Notes: generated by a model not told the origin, from the sequence alone. Shown: positions 46,458-58,006, counted from the first letter of the stretch. The stretch is 64,000 nucleotides of DNA from Bacteroidaceae bacterium (GCA_017410245.1 JAFQRE010000042.1:69827-133826); one strand, 5' to 3'. Translations and numbers: made by a program.

Positions 46458-47471
46458 ATGACGATGAATAACACAGAACATACTCAAAATATAATTGAGC
46501 AATTATCGCAATTGCGCGACTTACTTATCGTTATAGAGCGTAGTGGTAGCTCAGCTCCCGATGTGCTCTATAAACTTGCTATTGAGAAGTCGCAACAAAT
46601 AACCTCTCTTGTAGAGGCTTGGCGAGTAGATGCCAAGCCTCAGCCTGTACAAATTCCGGCCGAATATGAGCAATGGCTCGATACAGAGGACGTGGAGGAA
46701 CAACTTGTCGAGGAGGCTGATATTGATACTATAGAGCCTGTTGTTGATGATATAGAGATAGATCCAACCCCCGAAGAACCCAAGTCGGAGAATAGGGAGG
46801 CCGATATGAGCGATGAAGATAACGATTTCGTAGCTCCGTTTGTTGAAGACGAGCCCGCATCTGCCGAGTTGTCATATGGAATAGATATGTTGCCCGAAAT
46901 AGTTACAGAAGAAGAGTCGGTAGAGCAAGTCGATTGTGTTGAAGATATCGCAGTTGAGAGTGAGGGTAACGATGTGGCGAATATCAATGTTGTTGCATCT
47001 CCCATACAAGACAATGAAACCATTGATGAGGAGGCCGAGCCTGCCGAAGTCTTTTTTGCGACCGATGACATAACTATCATGGAAGAAGATATAGCTGTTG
47101 TAGAAGATGGAGCAGACGAAGAAGATGTAGAGGATACAGAGGACTTCGATGAAGAAGATGAGTATGCTACCGACATCTACAACCGAGGCGAGCCAATGGA
47201 AAACGAGCCTATCACAGTAGGTGAGATGATGAGTATGCGTCAAGCCAAGGAGCTACGCAAGGCCATCAGTCTCAATGACCGTTTCCGCTTCCGTCGCGAA
47301 TTGTTTGGAAATAACGATGTTGTTATGAACGATACCCTCAACCTGATAGACACCATGAACGACTATCAAGAGGCCTGCGACTACTTGTTGCAAGACTTGG
47401 GTTGGAGTGCCGATGAAATAGTAGTCCAAGAGTTTTTTCAATTATTAGAGCGTCATTTCAGACAACGATAA
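46458..47471 (+). CDS. hypothetical acidic protein with conserved-looking C-terminal domain
   Basis: ATG at 46458 (MTMNNTEH). Long Asp/Glu-rich middle. The C-terminus is LNDRFRFRRELFGNN... Confidence 0.5.
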   Translation: MTMNNTEHTQNIIEQLSQLRDLLIVIERSGSSAPDVLYKLAIEKSQQITSLVEAWRVDAKPQPVQIPAEYEQWLDTEDVEEQLVEEADIDTIEPVVDDIEIDPTPEEPKSENREADMSDEDNDFVAPFVEDEPASAELSYGIDMLPEIVTEEESVEQVDCVEDIAVESEGNDVANINVVASPIQDNETIDEEAEPAEVFFATDDITIMEEDIAVVEDGADEEDVEDTEDFDEEDEYATDIYNRGEPMENEPITVGEMMSMRQAKELRKAISLNDRFRFRRELFGNNDVVMNDTLNLIDTMNDYQEACDYLLQDLGWSADEIVVQEFFQLLERHFRQR

Positions 47472-47473
47472 CT

Positions 47474-48223
47474 ATGGGAAAGTTGTATTTGGTACCTACG
47501 CCGGTAGGAAACCTCGAGGATATAACCCTGCGTGCATTGCGCATATTGCGCGAGGTAGATTGCATATTGGCTGAGGACACACGTACAAGTGGTGTGTTGC
47601 TCAAGCATTATGATATACAGGCTCGTTTACAGTCGCATCATAAGTTCAACGAGCATAGTACCACCGATGCTCTGGTGGCGCGTATGCAGGCAGGAGAGAC
47701 AATAGCCCTTATTACCGATGCCGGAACTCCAGCCATCTCCGACCCGGGCTTTCTACTCGTGAGAGCTTGTTGTAGAGCAGGTGTCGAGGTTGAGTGCTTG
47801 CCCGGAGCTACAGCCTTTGTACCGGCACTTGTTATGTCGGGACTGCCCAATGAGAAGTTTTGTTTCGAGGGCTTCTTGCCTCAGAAGAAAGGTCGTAATA
47901 CTCGTTTGGAGGCACTTGCATTGGAAGAGCGCACCATGATTATATACGAGTCGCCATATCGATTGGCTAAGACCCTTTCTCAATTGGCCGAAGTCTTTGG
48001 CAATGAGCGTGAGGCTGCGGTATGTCGCGAAATCTCGAAAATTCATGCCGATACCCGTAGAGGTACACTTGCCCAATTGGCTCAATACTATAGTGACAAC
48101 GAGCCCAAAGGCGAAATAGTGCTTGTAGTGGCAGGTGCACCCGAGCAACCCCGTGCCAAGAAAGACAAGTATGCCGATAAAAAAGAGAAAAATAAAAATG
48201 TAGATAATAACCCTAATGAATAG
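47474..48223 (+). CDS. rsmI: 16S rRNA (cytidine1402-2'-O)-methyltransferase
   Basis: LYLVPTPVGNLEDITLRALRIL...ILAEDTR is a typical RsmI N-terminus. It has a basic C-terminal tail. Confidence 0.85.
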   Translation: MGKLYLVPTPVGNLEDITLRALRILREVDCILAEDTRTSGVLLKHYDIQARLQSHHKFNEHSTTDALVARMQAGETIALITDAGTPAISDPGFLLVRACCRAGVEVECLPGATAFVPALVMSGLPNEKFCFEGFLPQKKGRNTRLEALALEERTMIIYESPYRLAKTLSQLAEVFGNEREAAVCREISKIHADTRRGTLAQLAQYYSDNEPKGEIVLVVAGAPEQPRAKKDKYADKKEKNKNVDNNPNE

Positions 48224-48227
48224 TGAT

Positions 48228-49109
48228 ATGAAAAAAAGTATTTTTATTTTGTTCCCGCTCAGTCTCATGTCGATGGTAGCATGTAATAATGGTATAAGTG
48301 CTAGCGAGCAGGCTTTGCAACAGACCAATGACTCATTGAGACAGGCCAATGCCGAGATACGTAGCTACTATGAAGAAATGATTGGCTATATGAGTGAGAT
48401 AGATGCCGACATGCAAGCTATCAAGAGTGCCGAAAACTTTGTAATAGAGCAAAGTGCCGATACGGGCGATATTACAGTATCGACACAATCGCGCATCAAG
48501 AAAGATATAGAATTGATGTCGGAGACATTGCAACGCAACCGTGAGCGTATTGCCGAATTGGAGAAGAAGCTCAAGTCGAGCAACACACAGTCGGCAGCAT
48601 TGCGCAAGAGTATCGAACAACTCAAGACCCAGTTGGCCGAGAAAGATTCGCTTATCGTAGAGTTGCAAGCCTCATTGGCAGCTCGCGACGTTCGCATCAA
48701 TGAGTTGGACGAGGCAGTTGCCAACCTTTCTACCAAAGTAGATGATCTTACCAATGTGGCTCAGAGCCAAGCCAATGTCATTGCATCGCAAGATGTCGCT
48801 CTCAATGAGGTATATTATGTTTATGCCTACACCGAGCAATTGCGCGAGAACAATATACTCAGTGGCGGAGGTTTGTTCAGCAAGACACAAGTGCTCAAGG
48901 AGAACTTCAACCGCGATGCTTTCGTTAAAGCCGATATGCGCAAGCTCAACTCTATCTTCTTGGAGAGTAAGAAGGTGAAAGTATGCACCAATCACCCGGC
49001 CGAAAGTTACGAACTCGTACAAGACAACGAAGGTTTCTATACCCTCAATATCCTCAATCCCGACAGCTTCTGGTCGGTATCTCGATATTTGGTAGTAGAA
49101 TTGAAGTAA
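48228..49109 (+). CDS. coiled-coil lipoprotein, function unknown
   Basis: An internal ATG gives MKKSIFILFPLSLMSMVAC (lipobox). Long heptad-like region. Confidence 0.5.
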   Translation: MKKSIFILFPLSLMSMVACNNGISASEQALQQTNDSLRQANAEIRSYYEEMIGYMSEIDADMQAIKSAENFVIEQSADTGDITVSTQSRIKKDIELMSETLQRNRERIAELEKKLKSSNTQSAALRKSIEQLKTQLAEKDSLIVELQASLAARDVRINELDEAVANLSTKVDDLTNVAQSQANVIASQDVALNEVYYVYAYTEQLRENNILSGGGLFSKTQVLKENFNRDAFVKADMRKLNSIFLESKKVKVCTNHPAESYELVQDNEGFYTLNILNPDSFWSVSRYLVVELK

Positions 49110-49351
49110 AATAAAAAGACTGATAGTGTTAAGAACCGCCGCCTGCACATACAACGCTGCAGATGGCGGTTCTTTTTGCTCATTGTAGGGCATGGGATTG
49201 TTTTATAGATTTATTAATATTCTTGCATGTATAGTAACAATGTTATCGTTTGCATATGGTTATGTAGCAAAAATTATTACTCTCGGAGCATGATTTTCTG
49301 ATGCTTTTTCTATCTTTGTCATCGATTATCAAAAAAACAAAAGCTACAATT

Positions 49352-50332
49352 ATGGCAACAATAAAATGTATAGGAATACTCACATCGGGAGGCGATGCAC
49401 CCGGTATGAATGCGGCCATTCGTGCGGTGACTCGTTCGGCCATATATAATGGTATTGAGGTAAAGGGTATATATCATGGTTATCGTGGACTCATCTCGGG
49501 TGAGATTAAATCTTTCAAGACCGAGAATGTAAGTAATATCATACAGCAAGGAGGTACAATATTGAAGACAGCGCGTTGCAAAGAGTTTGAGACTCCCGAG
49601 GGACGTGCCGGTGCCTATGAAACGCTCAAACGTGAAGGTATAGATGCCCTTGTTGTGATAGGTGGTGATGGCTCGCTGACAGGAGCAAGAGTATTTGCTC
49701 AAGAGTTTGACTATCCCATTATCGGTTTGCCCGGTACCATCGATAACGATTTGTATGGAACCGACCTGACAATCGGATATGATACGGCGTTGAATACCAT
49801 TATGGAGGCTGTCGATAAGATACGCGACACTGCATCATCGCACGAGCGTCTCTTTTTTATTGAGGTGATGGGTCGCGATGCCGGATTCTTGGCGCTTAAT
49901 GGTGCCATTGCTACGGGCTGTGAGGCTGCTATTATTCCGGAGATTTATACCGAGATAGACCAATTGAAAGAGCTTGTTGAAAATGGTTTCAGGAAATCGA
50001 AAAACAGCAGTATCGTATTGGTTGCCGAGAGCCCTACTACCGGCGGTGCCATGCATCTGGCCGAGCGTGTCAAAAACGAATATCCGCAGTACGATGTGCG
50101 TGTAACGATACTCGGCCACATACAACGAGGTGGCTCGCCATCGGCACAAGATCGCATTCTCGCAAGTCGTTTGGGTGCAGCTGCAATAGATGCCCTGCTC
50201 GATGGTCAGCGCAATGTGATGGTGGGTGTGCGTAATGATGAGGTAGTGTATGTGCCATTTAGCAAAGCCATCAAGTATGACAAACCCATCAATCGTGAAC
50301 TGCTAAATACGTTACGTAAGCTATCGATATAA
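49352..50332 (+). CDS. pfkA: ATP-dependent 6-phosphofructokinase
   Basis: An internal ATG gives [26 protein letters not shown]. Also has GGDGS, PGTIDND and MGRDAG. Confidence 0.9.
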   Translation: MATIKCIGILTSGGDAPGMNAAIRAVTRSAIYNGIEVKGIYHGYRGLISGEIKSFKTENVSNIIQQGGTILKTARCKEFETPEGRAGAYETLKREGIDALVVIGGDGSLTGARVFAQEFDYPIIGLPGTIDNDLYGTDLTIGYDTALNTIMEAVDKIRDTASSHERLFFIEVMGRDAGFLALNGAIATGCEAAIIPEIYTEIDQLKELVENGFRKSKNSSIVLVAESPTTGGAMHLAERVKNEYPQYDVRVTILGHIQRGGSPSAQDRILASRLGAAAIDALLDGQRNVMVGVRNDEVVYVPFSKAIKYDKPINRELLNTLRKLSI

Positions 50333-50450
50333 AAAATTCTATAAAAATTTGCTGTTTATAAATAATTTGTGCATCTTTGTCGTAGAAATAAAGATGCACT
50401 TTTTATTTTATTATATAATTTATTAATAACCAATCAAAACTTAATTAAAA

Positions 50451-50810
50451 ATGAATAACTTAAAGAAATTTGCCTTTTTATTCTTTGCAATTTGCGGTCT
50501 TATTAGTTTTGTAGCATGTGAGGAGAATAATGTAGAAGATGTGTACACAATTCAAGTAGGTGAAATGAGTGATGCTTATTCTGATAATATCATTTTGCAA
50601 GCTAAGGTGGCAGTTGAGCTTGCTCCTTATATTGCAGATACTCAGGTTCGTACAGGTAAAGATGCCAAGGCTTGGTTTGATGCAGCTTGTGACGATGTAA
50701 AGAAAAGTGTCGATGAATCGAGCATTGTAATTGCCGAAGATACTTGGGTTAATTTCAAACTCGTTGATAGCAAAAATGCAGTAATAAAAACTCGTAAATT
50801 GAAATTTTAA
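50451..50810 (+). CDS. hypothetical lipoprotein
   Basis: Signal peptide with lipobox FVAC. Followed by the terminator AAGGGTTGCAC-cga-GTGCAACCCTT. Confidence 0.45.
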   Translation: MNNLKKFAFLFFAICGLISFVACEENNVEDVYTIQVGEMSDAYSDNIILQAKVAVELAPYIADTQVRTGKDAKAWFDAACDDVKKSVDESSIVIAEDTWVNFKLVDSKNAVIKTRKLKF

Positions 50811-51000
50811 AAATTGAGATAATTCAATGTGCTGAAAAGGGTTGCACCGAGTGCAACCCTTTTCTTGTTTTATATGCTGTTTGATTAATATGTTCAATTA
50901 GTCTAATTAGACTGATTAGACTTATTAACCCTAACCCTTAGCCTAATTAGCCCCTGTGGAATAGATACAAAAAAAGAGGAACTTGTTCAGTTCCTCTTTG

Positions 51001-51073
51001 TGACCCCGGAGAGGCTCGAACTCTCGACCCAATGATTAAGAGTCATTTGCTCTACCAACTGAGCTACGGAGTC
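51001..51073 (-). tRNA. tRNA-Lys (anticodon CTT)
   Basis: The reverse complement is GACTCCGTAGCTCAGTTGGTAGAGCAAATGACTCTTAATCATTGGGTCGAGAGTTCGAGCCTCTCCGGGGTCA. The cloverleaf folds by hand. A hairpin terminator lies at 50972-50999. Confidence 0.9.
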
Positions 51074-51153
51074 ATGCGTTGCTTTTGCATTGCGGTTGCA
51101 AAGGTACTAATTATTTTTAATCCTGCAATAGTTTCTGTGCAATTTTTTATCAA

Positions 51154-51960
51154 TTATTTTTCAAATTTGTACAATTGCGATGGGTGGTTGCGTGCCAAGG
51201 TTACGAGTTGTACATCTTTACCTACTCTTATGCCCTCGTTGTATAGTCGCCCCTCGATGGTTTTGTAGGCCAATTGGGGGTGGTTGTTGTCGAGGCTGAG
51301 GTGGCATAAAAAGATGTGTGTGAGCTCGGGACGATAAGATTGAGCAAGAAACTCGGCAGTCTCGGCATTGTCCATATGACCTTGAGGTGCTACTATGCGT
51401 CGTTTGAGGTGCAAAGGGTAGGGCCCGTTTTGCAGCATTGTTGCATCGTAGTTGGCCTCTATGACCAGATAGTTGGCCTCCGATAGGTATCGAGCAGCAG
51501 TGGGAGTGATATGTCCCATGTCGGTGGCAAGAACAAATGTATGATTGCCATATTTGATGCGATAGCCCACATTGTCGCTGCCATCGTGAGGTACCTCAAA
51601 GGCGGTTAGCTCCAAATCGCGTATCATGAATGGTACTTCTTTTACTATCTCGCGGTGTGCGCTATAGATTTTCTCGTTCATGCAATAGTTGCGATTCATG
51701 CCATTGAGAATACATGATGTGGTATATACAGGTATGCCCAATTTCTCACCAAGGTGTCCTGCTGCCTTGATGTGGTCGGCATGGTCGTGGGTAATACATA
51801 GTGCAACGATGCGTTCGAAGGGTATGTTGTTGTCTTTGAGAGCCTTCTTGATGGTGCGTACGCCTATGCCTGCATCTATAAGAATGCCATATTCTTCGGT
51901 GCCTATATAGCAACAGTTGCCACTGCTACCACTTGCCAGACTCATATATTGTAGTTGCAT
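51154..51960 (-). CDS. MBL-fold metallo-hydrolase
   Basis: HxHxDH motif ITHDHADH. 268 aa. Confidence 0.8.
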   Translation of the reverse strand: MQLQYMSLASGSSGNCCYIGTEEYGILIDAGIGVRTIKKALKDNNIPFERIVALCITHDHADHIKAAGHLGEKLGIPVYTTSCILNGMNRNYCMNEKIYSAHREIVKEVPFMIRDLELTAFEVPHDGSDNVGYRIKYGNHTFVLATDMGHITPTAARYLSEANYLVIEANYDATMLQNGPYPLHLKRRIVAPQGHMDNAETAEFLAQSYRPELTHIFLCHLSLDNNHPQLAYKTIEGRLYNEGIRVGKDVQLVTLARNHPSQLYKFEK

Positions 51961-52153
51961 TGTGCTTAGGTATTTTCGTTTAGAAACGCAAAGTTACAAT
52001 AATAGTATGACAAGTCGAAATATATAGGGCGCTTTTTGCGATACAAAAAAATCATCGTGTATGTCGATTGGTTCGAAAACACGATGATTGTATGTTGTTG
52101 AAATAAAAAAATCGATTGACAATTGCATCAACGGCAGGTGTTGGACAACTCTG

Positions 52154-52981
52154 CTATTTGCTGTCTATTATGTTGCCTTGTAGGTCTATAAACATGTGTT
52201 CTTCGCCAATTGTCACCTCGGCTCGTCCGTTTATAAAATATCCGGCACTATCGTACTTGCAAGGCAATACTGAGCGACCTTTTTCGTCTATATAGCCATA
52301 CTTGCCGTTTTGCTTTATGATAGTTACACCATCGCGAAAGGGTAGGTCGATGTAGGTGCTCTGGCAGGCATATATCTCTTTTCCTTTGCGGTTGATGAGG
52401 CCTTGCAATCCATCGCATTCAACTATGGCATAATCACTTATGAAGTCAGTTATCTTGTCATATTTGAAGGGTACTGCTATTGTTCCATCGGGATATATGA
52501 AGCCACTCTTTTCGCCTTGTTTCACACGCGCCATTCCTTCGCTGAAGGGGTCGGCAATGTCATATTTGAAAGGTATAGCTGTTGTACCATCGGGGCGTAT
52601 GTAACCCCATTTTTTCTTTTTCTTGACAGGTGCAAGACCTTCGGAAAATGATAGTATGCGACTATAAATGGGCTTCACCACCATCTTGCCGGCAGTATTG
52701 ATAAATCCCCATGTCGCATCTACCATAACAGCTGCCATACCTCCAATGAAGCGTAGGGCATCTTTAAACTTGCATGGTATGACAAGACTGCCCGAGGTGT
52801 CAATATAACCATATAGGCCGTCTTTCTTTACCCGAGCCAAACCCTCACTGAAGTCTTTGGCATTCTCATATATACAGGGAACTTCTATCTCTTCCGATTC
52901 TTTATTTTTGTATCCACATGCACCCTTCTCACAGAAAGGCTTCAAGTCGGTGTCATGTTTTTCGTCGCTCAAAGGTTTCAT
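52154..52981 (-). CDS. WG-repeat-containing protein
   Basis: Repeated units of the type KWGYIRPDGTTAIPFKYDIADPFSEGMARV. Confidence 0.7.
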   Translation of the reverse strand: MKPLSDEKHDTDLKPFCEKGACGYKNKESEEIEVPCIYENAKDFSEGLARVKKDGLYGYIDTSGSLVIPCKFKDALRFIGGMAAVMVDATWGFINTAGKMVVKPIYSRILSFSEGLAPVKKKKKWGYIRPDGTTAIPFKYDIADPFSEGMARVKQGEKSGFIYPDGTIAVPFKYDKITDFISDYAIVECDGLQGLINRKGKEIYACQSTYIDLPFRDGVTIIKQNGKYGYIDEKGRSVLPCKYDSAGYFINGRAEVTIGEEHMFIDLQGNIIDSK

Positions 52982-53076
52982 AATAGTGCATTAAATAAGG
53001 TTACAGTTTGCAGATAGCAAATATAGTAAATTAAAAACGTAATTGCCAAATAAAACGGCCAAATATTGCATTTTGT

Positions 53077-53538
53077 CTAAAATTTCATAGCACGATCCAT
53101 GGCGCGGCGATCATCGCGTTCTTTGATGCTATCGCGTTTGTCATATTGCTTTTTGCCTCGGGCTATGGCAATGGTGAGTTTGGCAAAACCCTTTTCATTG
53201 AGGAACAATCGGGTGGGTATAATAGAAAAACCCGGTGTTTGTGAGACATGTGCGAGGTGAGCTATCTCCTTGGCTGTGAGCAGTAGCTTGCGGTCGCGGC
53301 GGGTTTGGTGGTTGTTGTACGAACCGAATGAATACTCGGCAATGTACATGTTTTTCACCCACACTTCACCATTATATACATAGCAGAAGGTGTCGGCAAG
53401 TCCGGCTTTACCTTCGCGTATCGATTTTATCTCGGTGCCGGTAAGTACAATGCCTGCTTGGTAGGTTTCTACTATTTCGTAGTCAAACGATGCTCGTTTG
53501 TTTTTGATATTTATATTGTTGATGTTTTTGGCTTTCAT
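53077..53538 (-). CDS. smpB: SsrA-binding protein
   Basis: [33 protein letters not shown] and the basic C-terminal tail are typical of SmpB. Confidence 0.9.
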   Translation of the reverse strand: MKAKNINNINIKNKRASFDYEIVETYQAGIVLTGTEIKSIREGKAGLADTFCYVYNGEVWVKNMYIAEYSFGSYNNHQTRRDRKLLLTAKEIAHLAHVSQTPGFSIIPTRLFLNEKGFAKLTIAIARGKKQYDKRDSIKERDDRRAMDRAMKF

Positions 53539-53539
53539 G

Positions 53540-54076
53540 TCAGTGAAGTATTAAGTCAAATATTTTTTGCCATACAAAGGGTAGTCCTAAGATGACAACC
53601 GATGTGATGACTGTGTAGCTGAAGATATTTTCTTGGGGTATCTTCATGTATTGGCGAGCCTGATAAACAATCCAGATGCTATACATGGGCAGAAACTGTA
53701 CAAACGCAAAGTCGCTGGGCAGTATGTTGCCAATGAGGGTTGCAAGCATAGTGAGGGTATATACGTATCCACTATAGAGGTGAGCTTCGCTATTGCTGTA
53801 TGATGCAGCAAAGTATTTGGGGCCAAGTTTGGTAAGCAAAATCCATGTGGTCATGATGCACGCACCGTATTGCAACAATGTTAAGAGTGCTTCTTGAGAG
53901 GCTTCGGCTACAGTGGTATATCCATACCAATGGTGTATATAGGCCGATAATGCTGTAAAGATGAGCAATGGATAGACAAGCAACCACATGAGGTATTGCT
54001 GTCTAACGATATCGCGCGAAAGCTCATTCCATGCTTTCTGCGGAGTTATGATGAGTTGTATGAGTGCTCGTATCAT
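53540..54076 (-). CDS. Yip1-like multi-pass membrane protein
   Basis: 178 aa with about five hydrophobic segments. The family call is tentative. Confidence 0.45.
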   Translation of the reverse strand: MIRALIQLIITPQKAWNELSRDIVRQQYLMWLLVYPLLIFTALSAYIHHWYGYTTVAEASQEALLTLLQYGACIMTTWILLTKLGPKYFAASYSNSEAHLYSGYVYTLTMLATLIGNILPSDFAFVQFLPMYSIWIVYQARQYMKIPQENIFSYTVITSVVILGLPFVWQKIFDLILH

Positions 54077-54361
54077 CTCGGTGATATATTTTGAGCAAAG
54101 ATAATACTTTCTTCCTACATTTTATATATTCGGTTGCTTTTTGTTACCAGTAAAGAATTGGAGTGTTGTGTAGGTGCCGATTGCTTGATTGCCGATTTTT
54201 AGCACTTTAACAATACAGAGTGAGTGCCTGTTATATGGCGTAAAATTGCGATTGTATAATATGACATAACAACAGTAGTAGGATTGGACGTATGATTTTT
54301 TCATTGAAGTCCTACCCTGCTACTGCCGATATTTGTAGTAACACACTATAGTGCGATAGAA

Positions 54362-54898
54362 TTATTTATGTTGCTTGTGGGTTGTATGGTGAGTGTGACT
54401 ATCGCTTTTGCTATGTCGGGTATGACTCTTTTTCCACATACGGAAGTGATCGGGGTGTGCAGGGTGCTTTTTCTCTTTATCGAGCATTATCACAGTAGTG
54501 TCGCTCTCGACAAATAGATACACCGAGTCGGTAGCTCCACTATCGGGTGCTAAGACATACACTTTGGCATTGTGGTGGCCGGGCAATCCCCAGTGGGTAT
54601 GCTTCTTGCCTTTGCTCTTGTGTGTGTGATTTTTTATTGTGTCGGCCTCGATGTAGGTCGTTGTCATGGTATAAGTGCCATTGATGCTATCGAGTTCTTC
54701 GCTTATTACCACCATATAGTGAGCCGGAGGCGTGTCACCATGTCCTTGTATATTGCCCTCATAGGCATATACATCTATCATTCCGGTCGAGTCGGCAGCC
54801 TCAATATAGGCTCCATCATCTACGGTGTAAGTGGTACGGTTGCCGTTGCAAGCTGTCAGTAGAGCTACAGCTGCGCAAATGAGAATTGTCTTTTTCAT
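54362..54898 (-). CDS. lipoprotein with His-rich C-terminal tail
   Basis: An internal ATG gives MKKTILICAAVALLTACN. The tail is HPAHPDHFRMWKKSHTRHSKSDSHTHHTTHKQHK. Confidence 0.5.
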   Translation of the reverse strand: MKKTILICAAVALLTACNGNRTTYTVDDGAYIEAADSTGMIDVYAYEGNIQGHGDTPPAHYMVVISEELDSINGTYTMTTTYIEADTIKNHTHKSKGKKHTHWGLPGHHNAKVYVLAPDSGATDSVYLFVESDTTVIMLDKEKKHPAHPDHFRMWKKSHTRHSKSDSHTHHTTHKQHK

Positions 54899-54968
54899 CG
54901 CGTTTTGTTTTATGGGTTTTACTTGCCTATAAACAAGTGGCGATGCCGTATAGTTCACAATCGAAGTG

Positions 54969-56072
54969 CTATTTTGTCTGATAGTTTGAGAAAGGCTTGC
55001 TTATAACTTCACCCTTGTGGTTGATGAGTCTGAAGCGTTGTGCCTCGTTTTGCATTACAATACATTGTGGTGTGATAGATGGACGAATGACACCGGGCAG
55101 ATGCTCGAAAGGCACTATGACATTGCCCTTGCAGTCAATCACTCCCCAATTGTGCTCTTTGTTCTCGGCGGCAAAGAGCCCCCCTTCACCCAAATATATG
55201 TTGAGATACTGTGCGGGCACAACAATATTGCCACGCTTGTCCATCAATCCATAGTAGTGCCCGTCCGAAAAAATACAATGACCATTCTTGAAGGTGTAAG
55301 GAATGGTTGCCGGATTTTGTGGTCGGCACAGAGCCCAATTGTCATTGGGCGCGATGGCCAACTCTCCTCGGGTATTTAGGAAGCCTATCTCTTGTCGTAT
55401 GTTGATGACAGGTAGCAGACCATCGGAATACTCAGTGGCAAGAGGTTGCCACTCATTGCCAAAGGTGTATATAATTGTGCCACGACAATCTATAATCGAA
55501 ACCGAGGGAATACCCTTGATTATCTCCTCGACAAGAGCTACTCCACACACAAAGTTGGTAGCCAGTGAGTAGCGTGCCGGTATAACAATACTGCCATAAG
55601 GGTCGATATAACCCATGAGAGGTATATGACTATCGGTGACAAAAGGAGCCAATCCGCTCGAAAACAAACCTATATCTATAATACTGTCGGGTAGGGTAGC
55701 CACAGTCTCGCCCTTGATATTGATAACCGAAAAGTTGCTGTCGCCATCGCGTTTTACAGGAGTGTAATCGCTCAACAAAAATGGTTTGGCAAGGTCGTAG
55801 AGTTCGTTGTTGATGCGTTGCGGCTGTTCGCGACAAGTGTAGAACGCATATTTGCCTATCTCCTCACGCGACAAGAAAACTCCACGGGTGTCAGCCCCCG
55901 GAGCATACATGAACTTGCCATCGAACATTACCTTGCCATCGGGGCTCATCATACCCCAAAAGTTACCCTTCTCGGTGCGGAACGAAAAATGCTTGATAGA
56001 GGTAGAGTCTTGCTGGCAAGACATCAGCATGACCATCATTAACAAGGTTACTATAAGATATATACGTTTCAT
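54969..56072 (-). CDS. WG-repeat-containing lipoprotein
   Basis: An internal ATG gives MKRIYLIVTLLMMVMLMSC. Repeated WG/YG-containing units (NWGVIDCKGNVIVPFEH, YYGLMDKRGNIVVPAQY). Confidence 0.65.
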   Translation of the reverse strand: MKRIYLIVTLLMMVMLMSCQQDSTSIKHFSFRTEKGNFWGMMSPDGKVMFDGKFMYAPGADTRGVFLSREEIGKYAFYTCREQPQRINNELYDLAKPFLLSDYTPVKRDGDSNFSVINIKGETVATLPDSIIDIGLFSSGLAPFVTDSHIPLMGYIDPYGSIVIPARYSLATNFVCGVALVEEIIKGIPSVSIIDCRGTIIYTFGNEWQPLATEYSDGLLPVINIRQEIGFLNTRGELAIAPNDNWALCRPQNPATIPYTFKNGHCIFSDGHYYGLMDKRGNIVVPAQYLNIYLGEGGLFAAENKEHNWGVIDCKGNVIVPFEHLPGVIRPSITPQCIVMQNEAQRFRLINHKGEVISKPFSNYQTK

Positions 56073-56252
56073 TGCAAGGAGCATAATGTTTGGTTTGGTA
56101 CAAATGTAATACAAATAACACACTTCGTGTAAGCAAAAAAGCGTTATTTAACTTCTTAATTCCGATTTTTAATTATAATTTTGTGACTGTAACGGTTTAT
56201 TATAATGTAATTAAATATCTTTAATCTCTAATCTATAAATCAACATTAAGGT

Positions 56253-57371
56253 ATGGAAAAAGCTAAAGTCTATTTTACCAACATGCGCACAACCCCGCAA
56301 AGCAATCTCCTCGACAAGATGGAGCGCCTTGTACGTCGCGCCGGCATAGCCGATATTGACTTCGAAAACAAATTCGCAGCCATCAAGATACACTTTGGAG
56401 AGCCCGGCAATCTGGCCTATTTGCGTCCGCAATATGCAGCCCGTATGGCATCGGTAGTACGATCTTTAGGAGGCCGCCCATTCCTTACCGACTCCAATAC
56501 CCTTTATACCGGCCGTCGTGCCAATGCCGTAGATCACCTGCAGAGCGCTATGGAAAATGGCTATAATCCCATATCGGCCCAGTGTCCGGTCATCATTGCC
56601 GATGGCTTGAAAGGTACCGACTACCGCGAAGTACCCATCGATGGCGAATACTGCAAAACCGCAAAAATAGGTACAGCTATTGTAGATGCCGATATCGTAA
56701 TATCAATGAGTCACTTCAAAGGACACGAGCAAGCCGGATTTGGCGGAGCACTGAAAAACCTCGGTATGGGAGCAGCAAGCCGTGGAGGTAAACTCGAACT
56801 CCACAGCGGCTCACAACCTCGCATCAAAGAACACAAATGCGTAGGTTGCGGTATGTGCGTGCGCAATTGCTCACACGGTGCACTCTCGCTCGTCGATCGC
56901 AAAGCCGTTATCGACTACACACGCTGTGTAGGATGCGGACAGTGTATAGCCATGTGTCAGTACAACGCAGCCGTACCCGGAGCCGACGACACCACCGAAC
57001 GCCTCAACTACAAAATAGCCGAATACACCGTAGCAGTACTCAAGGACAAGCCCCATTTCCATGTCAGTTTCATAGTCGATGTATCGCCCGAGTGCGACTG
57101 CTGGAACCACAACGACGCAGCCATTGTGCCCAACATAGGCATACTCGCTTCGTTCGATCCCGTAGCCCTGGACCAAGCCTGTGCCGACCTCGTTATAGCA
57201 GCACCCGCATTGAAGTCCGACAACATCTTGCATTGCAATCACGACCACGGTACGCTCGAAGGAGAAGACAAATTCCACCTCCTACACCCCGATACCCACT
57301 GGCGTGCCGCCCTCGAGCATGGCGAAAAAATCGGCCTCGGTACCCGAGAGTACGAGTTGATAACAGTCTAG
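56253..57371 (+). CDS. DUF362-type protein with 2x[4Fe-4S] ferredoxin insert
   Basis: CVGCGMCVRNC and CVGCGQCIAMC clusters. Followed by the GC-rich terminator GCGGGGTGCTTCG...CGAAGCACCCCGC at 57396-57432. Confidence 0.75.
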   Translation: MEKAKVYFTNMRTTPQSNLLDKMERLVRRAGIADIDFENKFAAIKIHFGEPGNLAYLRPQYAARMASVVRSLGGRPFLTDSNTLYTGRRANAVDHLQSAMENGYNPISAQCPVIIADGLKGTDYREVPIDGEYCKTAKIGTAIVDADIVISMSHFKGHEQAGFGGALKNLGMGAASRGGKLELHSGSQPRIKEHKCVGCGMCVRNCSHGALSLVDRKAVIDYTRCVGCGQCIAMCQYNAAVPGADDTTERLNYKIAEYTVAVLKDKPHFHVSFIVDVSPECDCWNHNDAAIVPNIGILASFDPVALDQACADLVIAAPALKSDNILHCNHDHGTLEGEDKFHLLHPDTHWRAALEHGEKIGLGTREYELITV

Positions 57372-57725
57372 TAAAAACATACCAATTGGAGTTGGCGCGG
57401 GGTGCTTCGGTTACGAAGCACCCCGCTTTTGTTTCTAAGTGTAATGCCGAGATTTAAGTCGAATGAGAGTCCTGAATATATAACCAAGTCTATTGTGAAT
57501 CACTACAACCTCCCTTAGCAATTGAACATATTACCTTTCATCATTACCACCGCATATATCCCCCTACACGATGATGTATGTGGTGGGTCTATATTATATA
57601 TGTGTGTAGCTGTCTTTGATAAAGGGGCGAAATATTCACGTAAGCTTGTCGGTGTTATCAAACAATGTTGAGACAATTTGCAATCAGATATGTAGGAAAA
57701 GGATTTTTTAACCAATCTATACATG

Positions 57726-57740
57726 GTTACTTGAAAGAAC
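57726..57740. repeat. left arm of a perfect 15-bp inverted repeat, GTTACTTGAAAGAAC
   Basis: Read directly. The reverse complement is at 58007-58021. Confidence 0.8.
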
Positions 57741-57752
57741 CATGCACAATTG

Positions 57753-57760
57753 CAAAGATA
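57753..57760 (-). promoter_or_regulatory. -7 box TATCTTTG on the minus strand inside the invertible segment
   Basis: CAAAGATA on the + strand is TAnnTTTG on the minus strand, 13 nt from the left repeat. It currently points away from the upxY-like operon. Confidence 0.35.
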
Positions 57761-58006
57761 CTAAAATAAACCATAATAAGAACGAATTTCAACACTTTTT
57801 TTGTCCATATTTTATAAAAATATCCCATAGAAATATATAGGCACAGCAATGATAGATATTTATAAATGTTACAGTCAATTATAGTAAAACCTGTATTATT
57901 ATTATTCCTTTTAACTTAATTATATTTTTCAAAATAACCATGTTTTTAAATTTTTGATTTGATGTATTATAAACCACTATCATACAAGATTTTATAAAAA
58001 TAAGTA

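Noticed and set aside
46640-47176. 178-aa Ser-rich minus-strand ORF
   Set aside because: It is the antisense shadow of the Asp/Glu-rich region of the acidic protein at 46458-47471.
50900-50950. Perfect 14-bp palindrome AGTCTAATTAGACT, ATTAG(A)C repeats and tandem AACCCT units beside tRNA-Lys
   Set aside because: It could be a remnant att or operator site, but it is short. There is no partner copy in the window and no adjacent mobile gene.
56837-57457. 206-aa Arg-rich ORF
   Set aside because: It is an alternate frame of the DUF362/ferredoxin gene, whose Cys-cluster motifs identify the true frame.
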